64,000 nt of DNA from Bugula neritina (Eukaryota > Animalia > Bryozoa), in the NCBI GenBank assembly GCA_964035545.1, contig OZ037766.1, positions 16,110,722 through 16,174,721 of the forward strand. Direction: 5' to 3'. The position numbers and the translations under genes are program-made. Positions 1 to 13,219 of the stretch are shown one piece after another. Under the pieces are notes generated by a model. It worked only from the letters and a program-made list of their open reading frames with translations. It was not told where the DNA came from and did no database searches. Position 1 is the first letter of the stretch, and each line of letters begins with the position of its first letter.

Positions 1-312
1 GACTTATGTAATATTATGTCATGTCGCCTATATTTGACCTGATGAGCAGTACAGTGCTCTATTGTGACGCATGTCTGTATTATATGGAAAGTATGTTTAT
101 ATTGTAGGAAGCTTCACGAATGTAGAAAAGAAACTGCAAAAAGTACCTATTAGAGGAAGAATAAAACAAAAGCTAAGTGTTACATGGCATAGGTAGATCT
201 TGATCACGTAATGCAGCAGTGAAATTCACATAAGAGTTAGTGTAATACTGTGCTACTGTATAGGTATCTGAGTAATGTAACTAGCACAGTAAATGTGTTA
301 ACAAACAAGCAC

Positions 313-3300
313 CTGTCTTCCATCCAGTCCCGGCTCTCCGGCGACTCCCGCTGTGCCCTTCTCTCCTTTCTCACCTCTTTGCCCTGCTTCTCCTGGTCGA
401 CCCACTTGCCCTCTTTCACCCGCATTACCAGGTCTTCCTTGAACACCCTAGTGATTATAAATAACATTCCATATAAGAGAACAAACAAAAATTTGTAGTC
501 AGGTTTTGCCTTTATTTGATTAAAAATGGTGTTGGTATTTAGTTAAGCAAGGGTAATTAATTAAAAACAGCAGCCAAATGGCTTTTTAGTTAGGACAGAG
601 AAAGTTTACTTCAGTCAGGGAATGAAGAATGATGTCCCAAGAGCATTGCCAATCAAACATTAAAACTTTAAACCAAGTGATTATACCATATTGTTATGGC
701 TTTGCAAAGCTCACACTTATTGAGCAATAGTACTTACTCTGTCACCTTTTATCCCAAGACATTTGCATCCTCCTAGACACTGCGGATTTTGTGTGACAGG
801 TGAGATTGTAGAAATCTGCAAATCATAAAAAGTTTTCCAGTAAGTTATATAGCCTACTCCCTCATTATAAACTCATTATATGCAGTAAGATAATGCTCCC
901 ATTTCTCATGTATAGAATTTATATAGTAGAAAAGTGTACAACAAATTCATTTATATTTGAGTTTGCTTCTACAGAGAGGAAGAGAGAAATTCAAAATTTT
1001 CCTATAAGTACAGCTACAAAACTGATCAGAAAAATTGCAATAAGTAAATCTGTGACACTTCAAAAGAATAGTGTCAGTGGAAGCAGCTCTGAAATTAGAT
1101 TATTCAACATCATTTATAAGTCAGCATAGCTCACTATTCATTGTACTCAGCAAGATATCTACACATTTGAGTAGCAATAAAACTTTCATATCTGTTTATT
1201 TTGAGGCCCAATCTGACTAGATTACATAAAGATTGTATATACCTGCAGGCCAGACATTCATCTAATGACTATATTTTATTACAAGAGTAAGTGAGAGGCC
1301 CATAAAACCTTCAGGCTAATTGGCTCATACTAAATGAAAAAGAGACACTTACATTGGCTATGGGACTGATTGTAGTGGTTGTTGCGTTAGGTAAAGTTGG
1401 GAAAGTTGCGCCTTCAGGAAGATCGCCACGTTCCGGAAAAGCCCCATTTTTGGCGGCTGACGGATCAGCAGCAGCCGAATCGCTGCTGAATAATGTACTC
1501 AAAGTGAACTGAGCTGAAAGTATACAAATCCCATGTTAATGATTAAACAGATGTTTAATTCTGATTTGCTCAAAAATGAGCTTTAAATAATTTATAGTTT
1601 CAGATGATTTCACCAGTTTAAATTCAGCAAGTCTGGTTGAGGACGCATAAATATAAACATTAAGCAGTTCAATTTTCGAAATTATACATAGTTGAGCAGC
1701 TTTTGAAGCGAAATTTGTATTAACACATTTCACAATTTAGTATATGTGTGCACAGTGTGGGCTGTTTGCAATTTCCAATTAAAATTGCAAAATTACTTGA
1801 ATATTACTCTAAAGGCACACCTGTCAATACTATTAGTAACTGTTTCAGGTTAAATAAATGTTTTGTCCTTAACAAACACATCTAAATTATAAATTCTTAT
1901 TTAGTTATATATAACCAGCATGTCAATAGCATATTATAGCTAAGGCCATTTAATCCAAAAAATATATGGAATTTTTTTTCAGGTTTCCATCAGTGCATAA
2001 AAAGAAAATTGTAATAAATAATAACCTATAATAAACTTTTCTAAAACAGTAGAAAATTTTATATAAAATTAAAAGGAGCTATACCTATATAGAAATATCA
2101 TCAATTTGTAAACTTATTCAACAGATTGCCTTATGGGTTTTTCTAATAATACAGTGGACGCTCCCTTGTATAGATTACACACAAACAGGTCACCCTTCTT
2201 TAAAATGAGTGGTTTATTTGTGAAACACGCGGTCAGATATTATTTTAAAAACCATTTGGGTAGTTCTTTCAACTTGTACTGCAAAATCAATCCACTTTTT
2301 AATATGTTTTGTACTTGGCTAATTTTTAATGTTCAAAAAAGAAACATTTATAAATATTAGCATAGTTTATGTAACCAGATCTTCAGTTCAATAAACTAAG
2401 GGGTACTCTTTCGATTGCAAATTAAATGGCTGTTCTGCATGCTCAATCGAACATTTGAAATTTCACGAAGCCAAACGTCTATTAAACTCAAAAGCAATCG
2501 AATTTAACTTTGTTTCTACATTCATAAATGCCCGTGACAATTTAGATAGCCCATGCATAATCACCTACCATTTGCCGGAAATGCAAAGACAACAATCCAA
2601 CAGCTAATGTAACACAGCCTCATAATAATTTTGTGTCAAGCAGTTTTCAATAAATAAATCTACAACTAGCCAGGAAAATTGGTTATCCTTCAGTTAAACT
2701 CAGGTGCTGACCCATTAGACTCCCATGAATGAGTGAGAGGCTTCTATAGGGCATATTTGAGAAACTAATTTAGCAAAAAATGAACAGATCTCAATGATAT
2801 TTTTATTGCAGGGTTCACCCTAACAAAGGCAAAGGGGGTGTAAACTTGCATAAATATTTCAAGTTTAAGTTGTTCAAGCTTAATAGAGACATTTTTAAGT
2901 CAAAAATCATTTGTTCTTAAAATAAACTTTTGATCGAAGAGGACATCAAAAAATTTTTAAAGTGAGCACAAAAACAGAGAATAGTATATGTGTATTTAAG
3001 GAAATGACAGAAAACTAATTGTAGCCAATCAGAAAGAAAAGAATTAGACTGTTGAATTCTGTAGAATTACACAAGTAGCTGATCACTAGAATTTAAAGGT
3101 ACAAATTAGAACAATATTCATTTACTCTTGCAAATAATTAAAAAAGATAATGTGTCTAAATTATTTTAAAGCAGTTTTGCATCATGTCTTGCATATGAAT
3201 ATTATCTCCATTCATAAAGATATTAGGCTATAATGAGCATATTTGCTTAATGCATTTTTTCAGCATTCAAAATACAGACTTTAGTAAAAGTGTGTTTAAT

Positions 3301-3375
3301 AAAGCTGTAATGAGGTTTTCTTCTACCTTGAATGAACCTGGGGAGAATTGTCAGCAGCAGCACTGGTCTGTAAGC
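313..3375 (-). CDS. Collagen alpha chain, type IV-like N-terminus (partial; continues beyond left edge)
   Basis: Exon 447-313 (135 bp, phase 0/0, AG/GT bounded) encodes 15 perfect Gly-X-Y triplets (GVQGRPGNAGERGQVGRPGEAGQRGEKGEKGTAGVAGEPGLDGRQ). Exon 815-738 encodes ISTISPVTQNPQCLGGCKCLGIKGDR (7S-like cysteine motif). Exon 1513-1353 is Thr/Pro/Ala-rich. Candidate signal-peptide exon 3375-3327 (AYRPVLLLTILPRFIQ) is phase-compatible but less certain; the ATG exon was not located. Confidence 0.8.
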
Positions 3376-4581
3376 CTAATTTAGGGGAAGAAGTAAACTG
3401 CTGACATAATAGACAGCTTGTTTAAAAAGGCGATAAGAGCAAAATGTGTTCACAGTATTGCAAACTGCAGTAGGTAAGAGGAATGTGTGAGAGATGATTG
3501 CTAGGTGTCATGTGCCGATGAGTAGTAAATTATAAAGTGATATACTGTAATTTGATATATCACAAGCAAATGGCCTAGAATATAAAGGAAATTTCTACAA
3601 TATATGTATGTACTTGATCAAATAGGGTAACTTTGTATTGTTTGATACTAAATATTGTACTCATTTACCTCTAATGGCGTGTTGCTTGGTCACCAATTTT
3701 ATTTTCATGATAAAATGAATACACAGTTACAGAATGTACTATAATATCATTTTGCATAATATACTGTGAGATTTTGATATACTATTTAAGTCTTAAAAAT
3801 TCTACTAGCCATACAAAATAGCACAAGTTTCTTTTTATATTATATGGTGGATCTCAGAATTAACCTAAGACTATCTTAATAATCTATTATATTCTGAATA
3901 AAGATGTCTGATTAGGTGAAATGTTATTGAAATCATATGGATAATTTTAAATGATTTCTAAGTTTATAGGTTTACGGGAAACTGAAGCTGTGCCTACTGA
4001 CCAATTATAAACTTGTACTTCGTTTTGAAGGCTGTATAGATTAAAACATATTTTATAACTTCTAACCAATATGCAATATAATTATAGAAAAGGAGCTCAA
4101 ACATATCTGTTCCTGGTGTTTCGCATATAATATAAAATAAAATTCATATTAAATTAAAACAACAGGTTAGTAACAAGCTTTTCTGCTAATAGGAATGTTA
4201 GGCAATGCAATGTGGTTTTATATATTGCATACACATGTAGTATGTATAAAGTATTGTTCAGCACATATCAACAAATGGTCTAAATGTACCACACTTTTCG
4301 GAATAGATTAAGTTATATGTATTACAGTAGAGCATTTACTGCATATTTATTACAAACATATTTGGTGGACGGATAAAAATGGTAAAATAAACAAATTTCA
4401 CTATAATAACAAATTTTTGATATCAACAAAAACCAAGCATTCACTATATTCTTCAACGTTAGAGTAAAAGCTACACTGATCTGTGCAGAGTCTGCCAAAG
4501 GAGAGGTGAGCAGCTTGTAGCATACTGGCAGCTCATTGGTTGAACTATGAGTGACTCACAAGACATTCCCTGCTGCCCATG

Positions 4582-5716
4582 TCATAGTTTATAGTATTTG
4601 GTACTGTTATGTAGTATTCCTATTCCATCCAATTCTCTCAGGGTCTCTAAATTCCTATGAATCATGAAAGCTCAAATATAACATCTATAAAAACTTGTAA
4701 AGTAGCAAAGTACTCATGTAAAAATAAATTTCATCTTCCATAAAAATATGTGTGCATCTAAAGCTGAATGTAGAATTGATTCCATGGAAAAAAAATTAAA
4801 ACTAGAAACTTTAAAAGTTTACCCAAACATGCGCAGCATGAAATTATACAAAATCTATATATTAGAAGATTATAAAAAGTCTATATATTAAACTCTGAAG
4901 AGTGCAAAGGCTAAACCTTCTGAACTACAGGCAACCAAACCTGCTAGCTTTAAGGTATAAATAATCAAACTTGGTGGTCTATTACAAGCACTCGGTATAC
5001 CTTTTTATATCACAAAAACTAATGTTAACATATTTGAAAATTTTGAACAGCTATAAGACATGTATTATTACGTTAAAGAGCAAGAGCAAACAAACCTTGG
5101 GCTAGATTTAACCAATTTCCCCACTAGTATGGCAGAGTTCTGTTTAACCACGGAATTGTTGGCTTCCCTGATAACAACCAGCAGTCTTTTCATATCTTCT
5201 TTAGTAAAGAGTCTGTTCACTTCTTCATTATCAACACAGTGACTCAGACAAAGACAGGCGTTTCCCAGGAGCACCTCATTTTCCGAGGATAATAATTTAA
5301 TTAGATTCATCACCACTGCAAATAATCAGGTAAAAATATAGATTTAGTAGCCTATATTTAGTTAGCTTCCATTCGTGTTCAAATAATACCACAATACTCA
5401 AGTAAATATAAATCTGCAATTTAAATCATCTAAATATAAATATTGATAATATAAAAGGCTAATAAGTTGAAATGACCAGTGACTAGTGACATACTGGGAA
5501 TTACTATTACGATATTCTTTTATTTTAAATATTGAAAACAGAGTTGCTTAAAGTTTTAAAATGCACATGGAGTAGTATCCCACAATTCAGTTGCTCGAAG
5601 ATGCATATTGACACACTTGAACACCAATCACTAATCAGGTTTTACCAGGTAAAAAACAGAGTAATTATTTCAATAGTTAATAATAAAATCAAAAACTCAA
5701 TGACAGTGCCGGTGTT

Positions 5717-5763
<47 letters not shown>

Positions 5764-8700
5764 AGGGGGAGGGGAGGGGGAGGGGGAGGGGGAGGGGGAG
5801 GGGGAGGGAGAGGGAGAGGGAGAGGGAGAGGGAGAGGGAGAGGGAGGGAGGGAGGGGGAGGGAGGGAGGGAGAGAGAGAGAGGGAAAGGAAGAGAGATGG
5901 CAAGCACTCCCCTACCTTGTCTGCTTTTGGCTACTTTGGCACAAACATCCCTTGACAGCTGTGTGCAGGCAGTCAGACACTTCAAAGCATATCTGACATG
6001 CTGGCTGTCAGCTATAAACCTTAACAAGGTCTCCACTCTAAAGCCATAAACACAGCTATTGCAAAATTGTAAAGCTCAACAAGAAAATTGTAGACAAAAA
6101 ATTATTGGTAGTCTTGAATTTACTGACTTTCTTTCCTGACCACATATTCCTCAAACCAATATTTTTCATGCATATCCATTGACTGTTACATTTAAACAAT
6201 GAAATCAAAACTTCCAATAAATATGGAAAAACAATTATTTAAAAAACTAATAAAAGCTCACCGATTATTAGAGCCAATAAAATACTGAGTAGCTTCCGGA
6301 GAAAGAGGAAGTATGTGACTCAAGCAGCCCGTCACCCGCTCCTGTATGTCAACCTGCTTATCAAGGAAGGGGACAACAGCTTTGGTAACATCCAGTACAG
6401 CAGACCTAACTGCTTCTGTCTTATCCAAGGTAATGTTCATGAGCAATCCCAGCGCAGAGTAAACAGCTTTGTGATAGGCTGAGCATTGAGCCAAACAGCT
6501 CGCTGGATACTGATTCTATAAAAAGGGATATCACTTTCATTATAACATACTGAGGAATACAGTGTATTACAGCACATGTATATCACTGCAGCTTTGCTTC
6601 ATCATAAGCATTAGATCCAAATACAGCTTACAGCTAAGCAGAGGTATAACCTACTGTACATGTACAGATACTAACTACTGAGCGCTTTCACACATCAACT
6701 TACTAGATAGTTCACACATCAACTTACTAGATAGTTCACACATGCTGCCAACATGCTGACTCTGCTAGCCATGGCTTTCCGTACTCGATCATCTGAACAC
6801 AAGTTTGTCATTATGTTTACGCAAGAAGGAATAACATCTGTGTGTTTGTCGCTATTCTACAAGCGCATAGCAGCCGCTGTCAGTTGACAAAATGATCTGA
6901 CATTGAAAGAAAATTAAGCAAAATTTAACGAATCATCTAACTTCTACACGAAGTTCTCCAACAACCAATACATGAAATTGTTGGTGACATTTCTAAGCCA
7001 CGTTGAAACAACATTACAGTATATCAGAACCTGAAAAAGTCAACACACTTGTAAACTTCATCATTTAAAAAAAATTTGAAAACGCCAGAAGTATAGCTTT
7101 GATGAATTGCTAACTTTACATGCATTCATAAAATATTTTGTTGGAAATTATTTTTGGGATGCACAATTTATTAGGCTAGGTAAATGTTAATAAAATCTAA
7201 TAGATCAGAGCTTTTTAATACAAAAATGCATCAACTGGCAGCTTTTTTTCATAAAAATTCACTCAATTTACAAAATCTGCTTAAACTATTTAAAAACAAA
7301 GTCACCCCAAGCCATGTTTACACAAAGTTGCATAAAGTTTATAAGATATAAACCTACCAGCAGATGTTCAAATGAAGCCAATACTTTCTCTAAGTTGCTA
7401 TACAAGACTCGTTTGAACCTGCCATCTAAAGCCATATTGTTGATTATGTTCAAAGACTGTACTGCTATGGTATCTCCAAGTCCGACCAAGTCAAACAGGG
7501 TGTTCACCAAACTATTGTACCATGCATAAAAGTTAGATAAATAAAAAGTGCATGCAATTACTAGACAAGAATATCAACACAGATTTGCATAAACCTTGTA
7601 GTAATAATCAGCTTTTTAAACATTTTAGATCAAGCAAATTTTAATCAAACACTTTAGAGAGATCAAAAATCTTACTGCAAAAAATTCAATTTTGATGAGA
7701 ATTAGCAGTATGATAAAACAGCTAAAAATTTTTAAGGTATTTTCAACACACTGAATAAAATATAGAGTATTTAAACTCTCTTTATCAAAAAATCTGTCAC
7801 AATAAGAGTAAAAAGCAGTAAAAGTTATTTAGAGAGATTACTACAGCCGATATATAACAAGAAAACCTACCTAGTAATATCAAATTGTGTACATATGTAT
7901 TTCCTAGCAATCTCTTTTTCACTGAGACTAAGCAAAAGAGACAAACAGGAAAATCGGAGTTGTCTCTTCTTTCTCAAAACTTTGCTGTCTAGAAATCTCA
8001 TAACCATATTGGGAAAGGAGGGTTGGCATAGCAACTGCTTCTGAGACTCTTCTGCAAGATTAGGAAATATTATTAAACTATGCATATATATTAGTAAATT
8101 TGAGTTAACCTTTTTCAGCACTTGATATGGGAGTTGAGAGTAATGAAAATTTCAATGAACATTTAGCTATACAATGATTGGCTCATGCACAGAATAGGCT
8201 TTGTAAGCTGTCTCCACACCAGATTCTGCTGTAGAGAGGCTCAGTCGTATTCTAATAAAATGCTGTTTCGAGAGAGACAAAAACAAGCTAGACTGCATAT
8301 ATTGTACTTATGAAAAAGGTATGTTTCTTTATAGACATAACCTATGTGACAATTGTCATCAGATGCTCTTCTTGGCCTACTTATATATATTATCTACCAG
8401 TCTAGCCTCAGTGCCTCTACTCACTAGGTCAATCTCATTACACAGACCGGTAATGGCACTGGGAGATATTATTCAGATATAACCTACCATTGTCTTCAGT
8501 GGATCTTGTAAGTAGGAGAAACATGGCATAACATGAATCTAACTCTTCCCTGTTCAAACTTTCCAAGCTGGCGGATAACATAACTCTGCAAATTTATAAT
8601 AAACACTTAACCTCTACCATTTGAGCCCAAACCAGCACAACTATGACGAATATTTATTACCCAACGAATTTTACATACTTTTTAAACCGCTCTCTAACCT

Positions 8701-11657
8701 AGTTCGACATAATGATCATTAGTGATCCCATGTAATAGATTATAGAGTATAGACTAAGGAAAATATTAACTCCTGATATCTAAAATTAAACGAATAACAC
8801 ATACCTGGAAAAGAAAGAATGCTTACAGTACAGTTCTAAACCACCTTCAGCTCTGAACAAGGTTTTACAATTATCTACAAAAAATTGTAAAACAGTGTAT
8901 GATATTAGTCATACAAATATAGATTTTCTAATTATAGGTATGCCAAATTTTGGCAATATGGTAGTCAAAAACCTTAGAAATTAATGGTTAAATTATTGTT
9001 TACAAATTCCTACAGCACTAAAATAAATGGACACATGACTGTCAATTTTAATGATTAAACCTCCCAATTAATTTTAACAAATCTCAGTAGTAGTTGAGCT
9101 CATAAATACTATCCACTTTCTGCACTAAATTTAGAAGAGCTTCAACTCTAGAGTCAAAAGTTTGAACCACCACCATAAGAAGGTCATGCTAGCATATTAA
9201 ACATTGTTCAGCCAACATGACTCGCACTTTAAACAACAGCATCAACAACATAAAAAAGAATAAAAAAAATCTCAACCGATAGCTACTGAAAGCATGTATT
9301 CTAGGTAATGCGCTGTCTGTACCACAAAATGCTAGGTACTTCTAAATGTCAAAACGCTAAATGAAAACAGGCAACAAGCTTTACTACATGCAAAAGATAG
9401 CAGTAGAAACCAGCAAGCAGAGGCAATTTAAAACCTACCATCTTTGAGAAGGTCAGTCAGTACCCTTACTCCACCGTCATAGTAAAGAGGAAGTTCCCCC
9501 TCCATGGATACTTTCTTCATGACGTCTATGAGAGTTGCCGGGTGCTGGGCTCCACTCTCAAACAGCTCCTTGGCATTTTTTTCTGCACCAACAGAGTCTC
9601 TAGCCAGCTCCGCCTCTTTTATAAATTCTGACAACCATTTATGAATAAAAAAGCGCATTAAAAATTATTAAAAAAACTTAAGTAAAAAAATATAGAAATA
9701 TTTGTTAAAAATTAAGCACTCGGTAATAAGAATACCATTTTCAGGGTAAAATCTGACAAGATTTTACATTGAAATGGCTAATGTATTAGATAATCAAATG
9801 CTTGGTTACTTGGATAGATGCTTTCCTACACTTTCCTGTAAGAACTTTTATTGTAAGAGAAAAAGTAACATTACCTCTCATCATCTTTTGCTTGCTCTTA
9901 TCAATTTCCATAGCCTTTTGATACAAGCCAATCGCCTTATCATAGTCAGAAAGACAGATGTGGGCTTTTGCCTCAAGCACATAAGCTTTCACAAATGTTT
10001 CATCACACCTTTGGGCCCAATCACAGTCTGTAATGGCATCATCATATCTGCCTAGCTTAATATAAGCCTGTGCTCGATTTGTCCACAATTCTTTAAAATC
10101 TTTGATCACTGCTAGCCCCTGTGATTGAAAGTTACAGTCTAAAGTTATTACACGATACAGAAACTGAGTTTATTAATATTTCATAACAATTCAAAGAGAA
10201 GTAAAAGCTACATTTACTACTTTTAACGAGCCTGGGTCCATTTTTGTCATTGCTATTTTTGCATGAATGTCAAAATGCACAGTACATCAAAAGTAAGCAG
10301 TTTGCAATATTTGCAACCACTGAATAATGCAAAGAGTAAAATGATAGTAAATAATAATAGCATTAGCAAAATAATAATATTTAAAAACCTTTGTGTATGA
10401 TTCAACAGCCTTTTCAAATTCTCCAGCCTTAAATGCTTCATTTCCTTCATTCTTAAACACTGAAGCCTCAACTCTAGCAGCATTCTTTCGGTCAGCACGC
10501 TCCTTAGCATCTTTCTCCAGTGCCTTCATGAATGCATCTGTTAAAAATGAAATTGAAAATAGTATGAAACTGAGTTTCATTTTAAGCATCTTCAGATATA
10601 CGATTCCCATCACCCTGAGTGCAAAATAAACACATTAACTTCTTGATTAAGCAATTATATTTTGTCATCTTTCACCAGACATAATAGAATTTAAGCATAT
10701 TAGTCAACAGAATGGTAACTCGACATATACCATAAACATAAAAGTCACAACGTACTTGACAACATAAAAATATACCAAACATAATACTAGTAGATGGCAA
10801 TGGTTACAGAATATACCTTGATCAGTGTAGGATGGCTCTTGGGAAGATGGCAGTCCTTGAGGTAACGTATCATATGCACCCTTATTGATAACAGTCCTAT
10901 TCACCCCTGTTCTATCAGGTGCTGACTTTTTCACAGTGTTTTGCAAGTATTGATCTGCTGCTGCGACTGCCTTATCTCGGTCTTTATCATTTTCCGAATT
11001 TAGATTTTTTATAAGTTCATCTAAAAAACCAAAAAGCAAAAATGTAAACTCCAATAAACTAATGAATGATAAACAGTTATTAAATGGCACATATACCAAC
11101 GAAAAGCAAACAAGTCAGTATTAGGACAAAGTTCTATGACGACAAGCACAACATTATTTCTTTGTGCAAAACTAATAGCAGACAGATAAACTGATTTAGT
11201 AGGACAACCATCACAATTGATTAATATTATTAACATTATATAATATTTTTATTGGTTTGTAAGTCAACTCGAATATATTCGAGGTGAGTCGAACCATTGA
11301 TTTAGAATTGGACTTGATATTTTAATTCTTTGATAACATTAAATTGACCTGACCCAGCAACCATTCTGGTTCACATTGATTTACTTCAACCAAACTGTTA
11401 GTGTTACACTTAGTCTTGCTGTTGGTAATTTCACAGGGTAAAAGTTTACGCTGATTCCTAACAGTAACAGTAACACTGTCACTAACTCTAAGACTATCAA
11501 CTATTAGTATTAGTCTATTATTATAACTAATAAATTTAGTATCCACATCACAACCTCAAAGTCAATGACCAAGTCCAAAGTAGTTGTACTTGTACTCACT
11601 GATTGTATCCACATTTCCTAGAAACTTATCAAGTTTCTCACTATCTTTAACGTCCAT
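4582..11657 (-). CDS. TTC12: Tetratricopeptide repeat protein 12 (TPR + ARM-like; axonemal dynein assembly factor), about 14 coding exons
   Basis: Start MDVKDSEKLDKFLGNVDTI (ATG 11657). Internal peptides AFMKALEKDAKERADR..KNEGNEAFKAG, LWTNRAQAYIKLGRYDDAITDCDWAQRCDE, PLYYDGGVRVL, LLGNACLCLSHC. End LRELDGIGILHNSTKYYKL* (TGA 4584-4582). All closely follow the recalled TTC12 sequence; the splice sites examined are GT-AG and in phase. Confidence 0.95.
5720..5897 (+). repeat. Compound polypurine microsatellite (AG)n-(GGGGA)n-(GGGAGA)n in a TTC12 intron
   Basis: About 180 bp almost exclusively A/G on +, beginning ~20 bp after the splice donor at 5915. Confidence 0.95.
6687..6743. repeat. 24-bp tandem duplication copying a TTC12 splice donor
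   Basis: ttcacacatcaacttactagatag at 6687-6710 and 6711-6734, plus a partial third copy; on - it contains CTA|GTAAGT twice. Confidence 0.9.
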
Positions 11658-12181
11658 AGCAGCAATACTAGTAGAATAAATAGCCACTATCGTCTATCTG
11701 TACCACTAGTCCACTACCAGTACGAGTATTTGTATATAATGCAATTTTGAGTAACTTTAGCAGGGTAACTCTCACTAAGACTAAGAGTAAGTGACTATCA
11801 GTATGAGTATCAGGATAACTGGATAAGGATCAGGATGGCAGGTTTTATAAGTTAAAGTTTGAGTACGGCTTTAGCATCTGACGTCAAAAACTGTATTATT
11901 TTGATTGTTCATAATATAAATTATGTTCAAATTAAATCTGATAATTTTGGTTATAGTCACCAATCACGAATGATAAAGACGCAACTACTCAAATAGAAAT
12001 TTATAATTTTTTGACGCTATCAAGTAATAATTAAGTATCGTTATGATCAATGACTATTTTCTTCACAACACAAGCATAGCTTGCTTAACAACAAGTTCGA
12101 GAACTTTCTAACGATGTACCACCGCAGCTGCCGTATTTATGTGAAGTTTAGTGGCAATACTGCATTAGGCTACACGAATGA

Positions 12182-12325
12182 TTCTATAAGCAGCTCCAAG
12201 TTGGGAGTGACTGCGTACACTGTACAATAGTTTGAGATTCTCAAGTTTCGAGTTGGCGTTTATTGAAACCTCCGATCCGCAAACTACTGCACTCAGTCAC
12301 CCCCTACTTGACGCTGCTTATAAAA
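12182..12325. mobile_element. Palindromic MITE-like element upstream of TTC12
   Basis: Left arm tataagcagctccaagttgggagtgactgcgtaca...tagtttg versus reverse complement of the right arm tataagcagcgtcaagtagggggtgactgagtgcagtagtttg. Imperfect inverted repeat spanning nearly the whole element, with TA-rich ends. Confidence 0.65.
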
Positions 12326-13219
12326 CTAATTGGTCTACACATTGAAATGAAGATTGTATTTATTTCATTTCTACAGCTTACAAAGATGGTTTGAAGTTTA
12401 TTTAACAAAAAGTGCACAACTCTCAGTTGTAACATTAAATTGTTTTTTCGGGTATTAGAATACTAATGTGGTGAAACTCTTTTCAATCTTCCCATCATTG
12501 GAAAACAATAACTATTGGTCATATTCTTACAGCCATGAGGCTGGCAGTCTACTATATCAAATTAAATGAGAATTTTTTTTGTGGTGTAGAAACATGGTGA
12601 AAATTCTTACTAACTTCAGAAATTGGAATTAATTTGGTAATAACATTTATTTTATGATAGTTATCAAAAGCTTTTGGCATAGTCATGATATGAATAAATT
12701 TTGATAATTTTGAGATACTGTGTACATACAAGCATGCCTACAAGCTGCATGACATCTAAACCAAGTAGATTCACTTCTGTGACAAACTTTCTCTTAAGAG
12801 TATCTGGTTCTCAAGCGCAAAAAGTTTAAATAGGAGAACGATCAACCAAAAACACGTGCTTTTTCATAAATACCAGACTTATACTGTTTTGCATATAATA
12901 TAAAAGCGAATAAGATTATTTACCCATAAAAAAGAGCAGCTTTTATTTAAGTATAATACTAATCTACATATGTAGTTGGGGCATCCTTGTAAATTATTTC
13001 CAATATTTCAACCTTGCACAACTATTATATTGCAAAGAAAATAAGTTTTGCACACTTGCATATACTTTTGTAGAACTTGTAGAAATATTATGTATGTATT
13101 TGATGTTACCAATAATAGTATGAGACCCTTAATAAACCAGCATCATGCAGATTTTGTTAAAAATGGTGTGTCAAGTAGCTTATTTTCACAACGCTTATAC
13201 AGCTACGTCATGCAGATAC

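Noticed and set aside
5532-6036. ORFs with RE/RG/SP/LP dipeptide repeats
   Set aside because: Translations of the purine microsatellite; only 6038-5916 is a real TTC12 exon.
12080-12092. RFX X-box-like sequence (cttgcttaacaac) upstream of the ciliary gene TTC12
   Set aside because: Several mismatches to GTTGCCATGGCAAC; not distinguishable from chance in AT-rich DNA.
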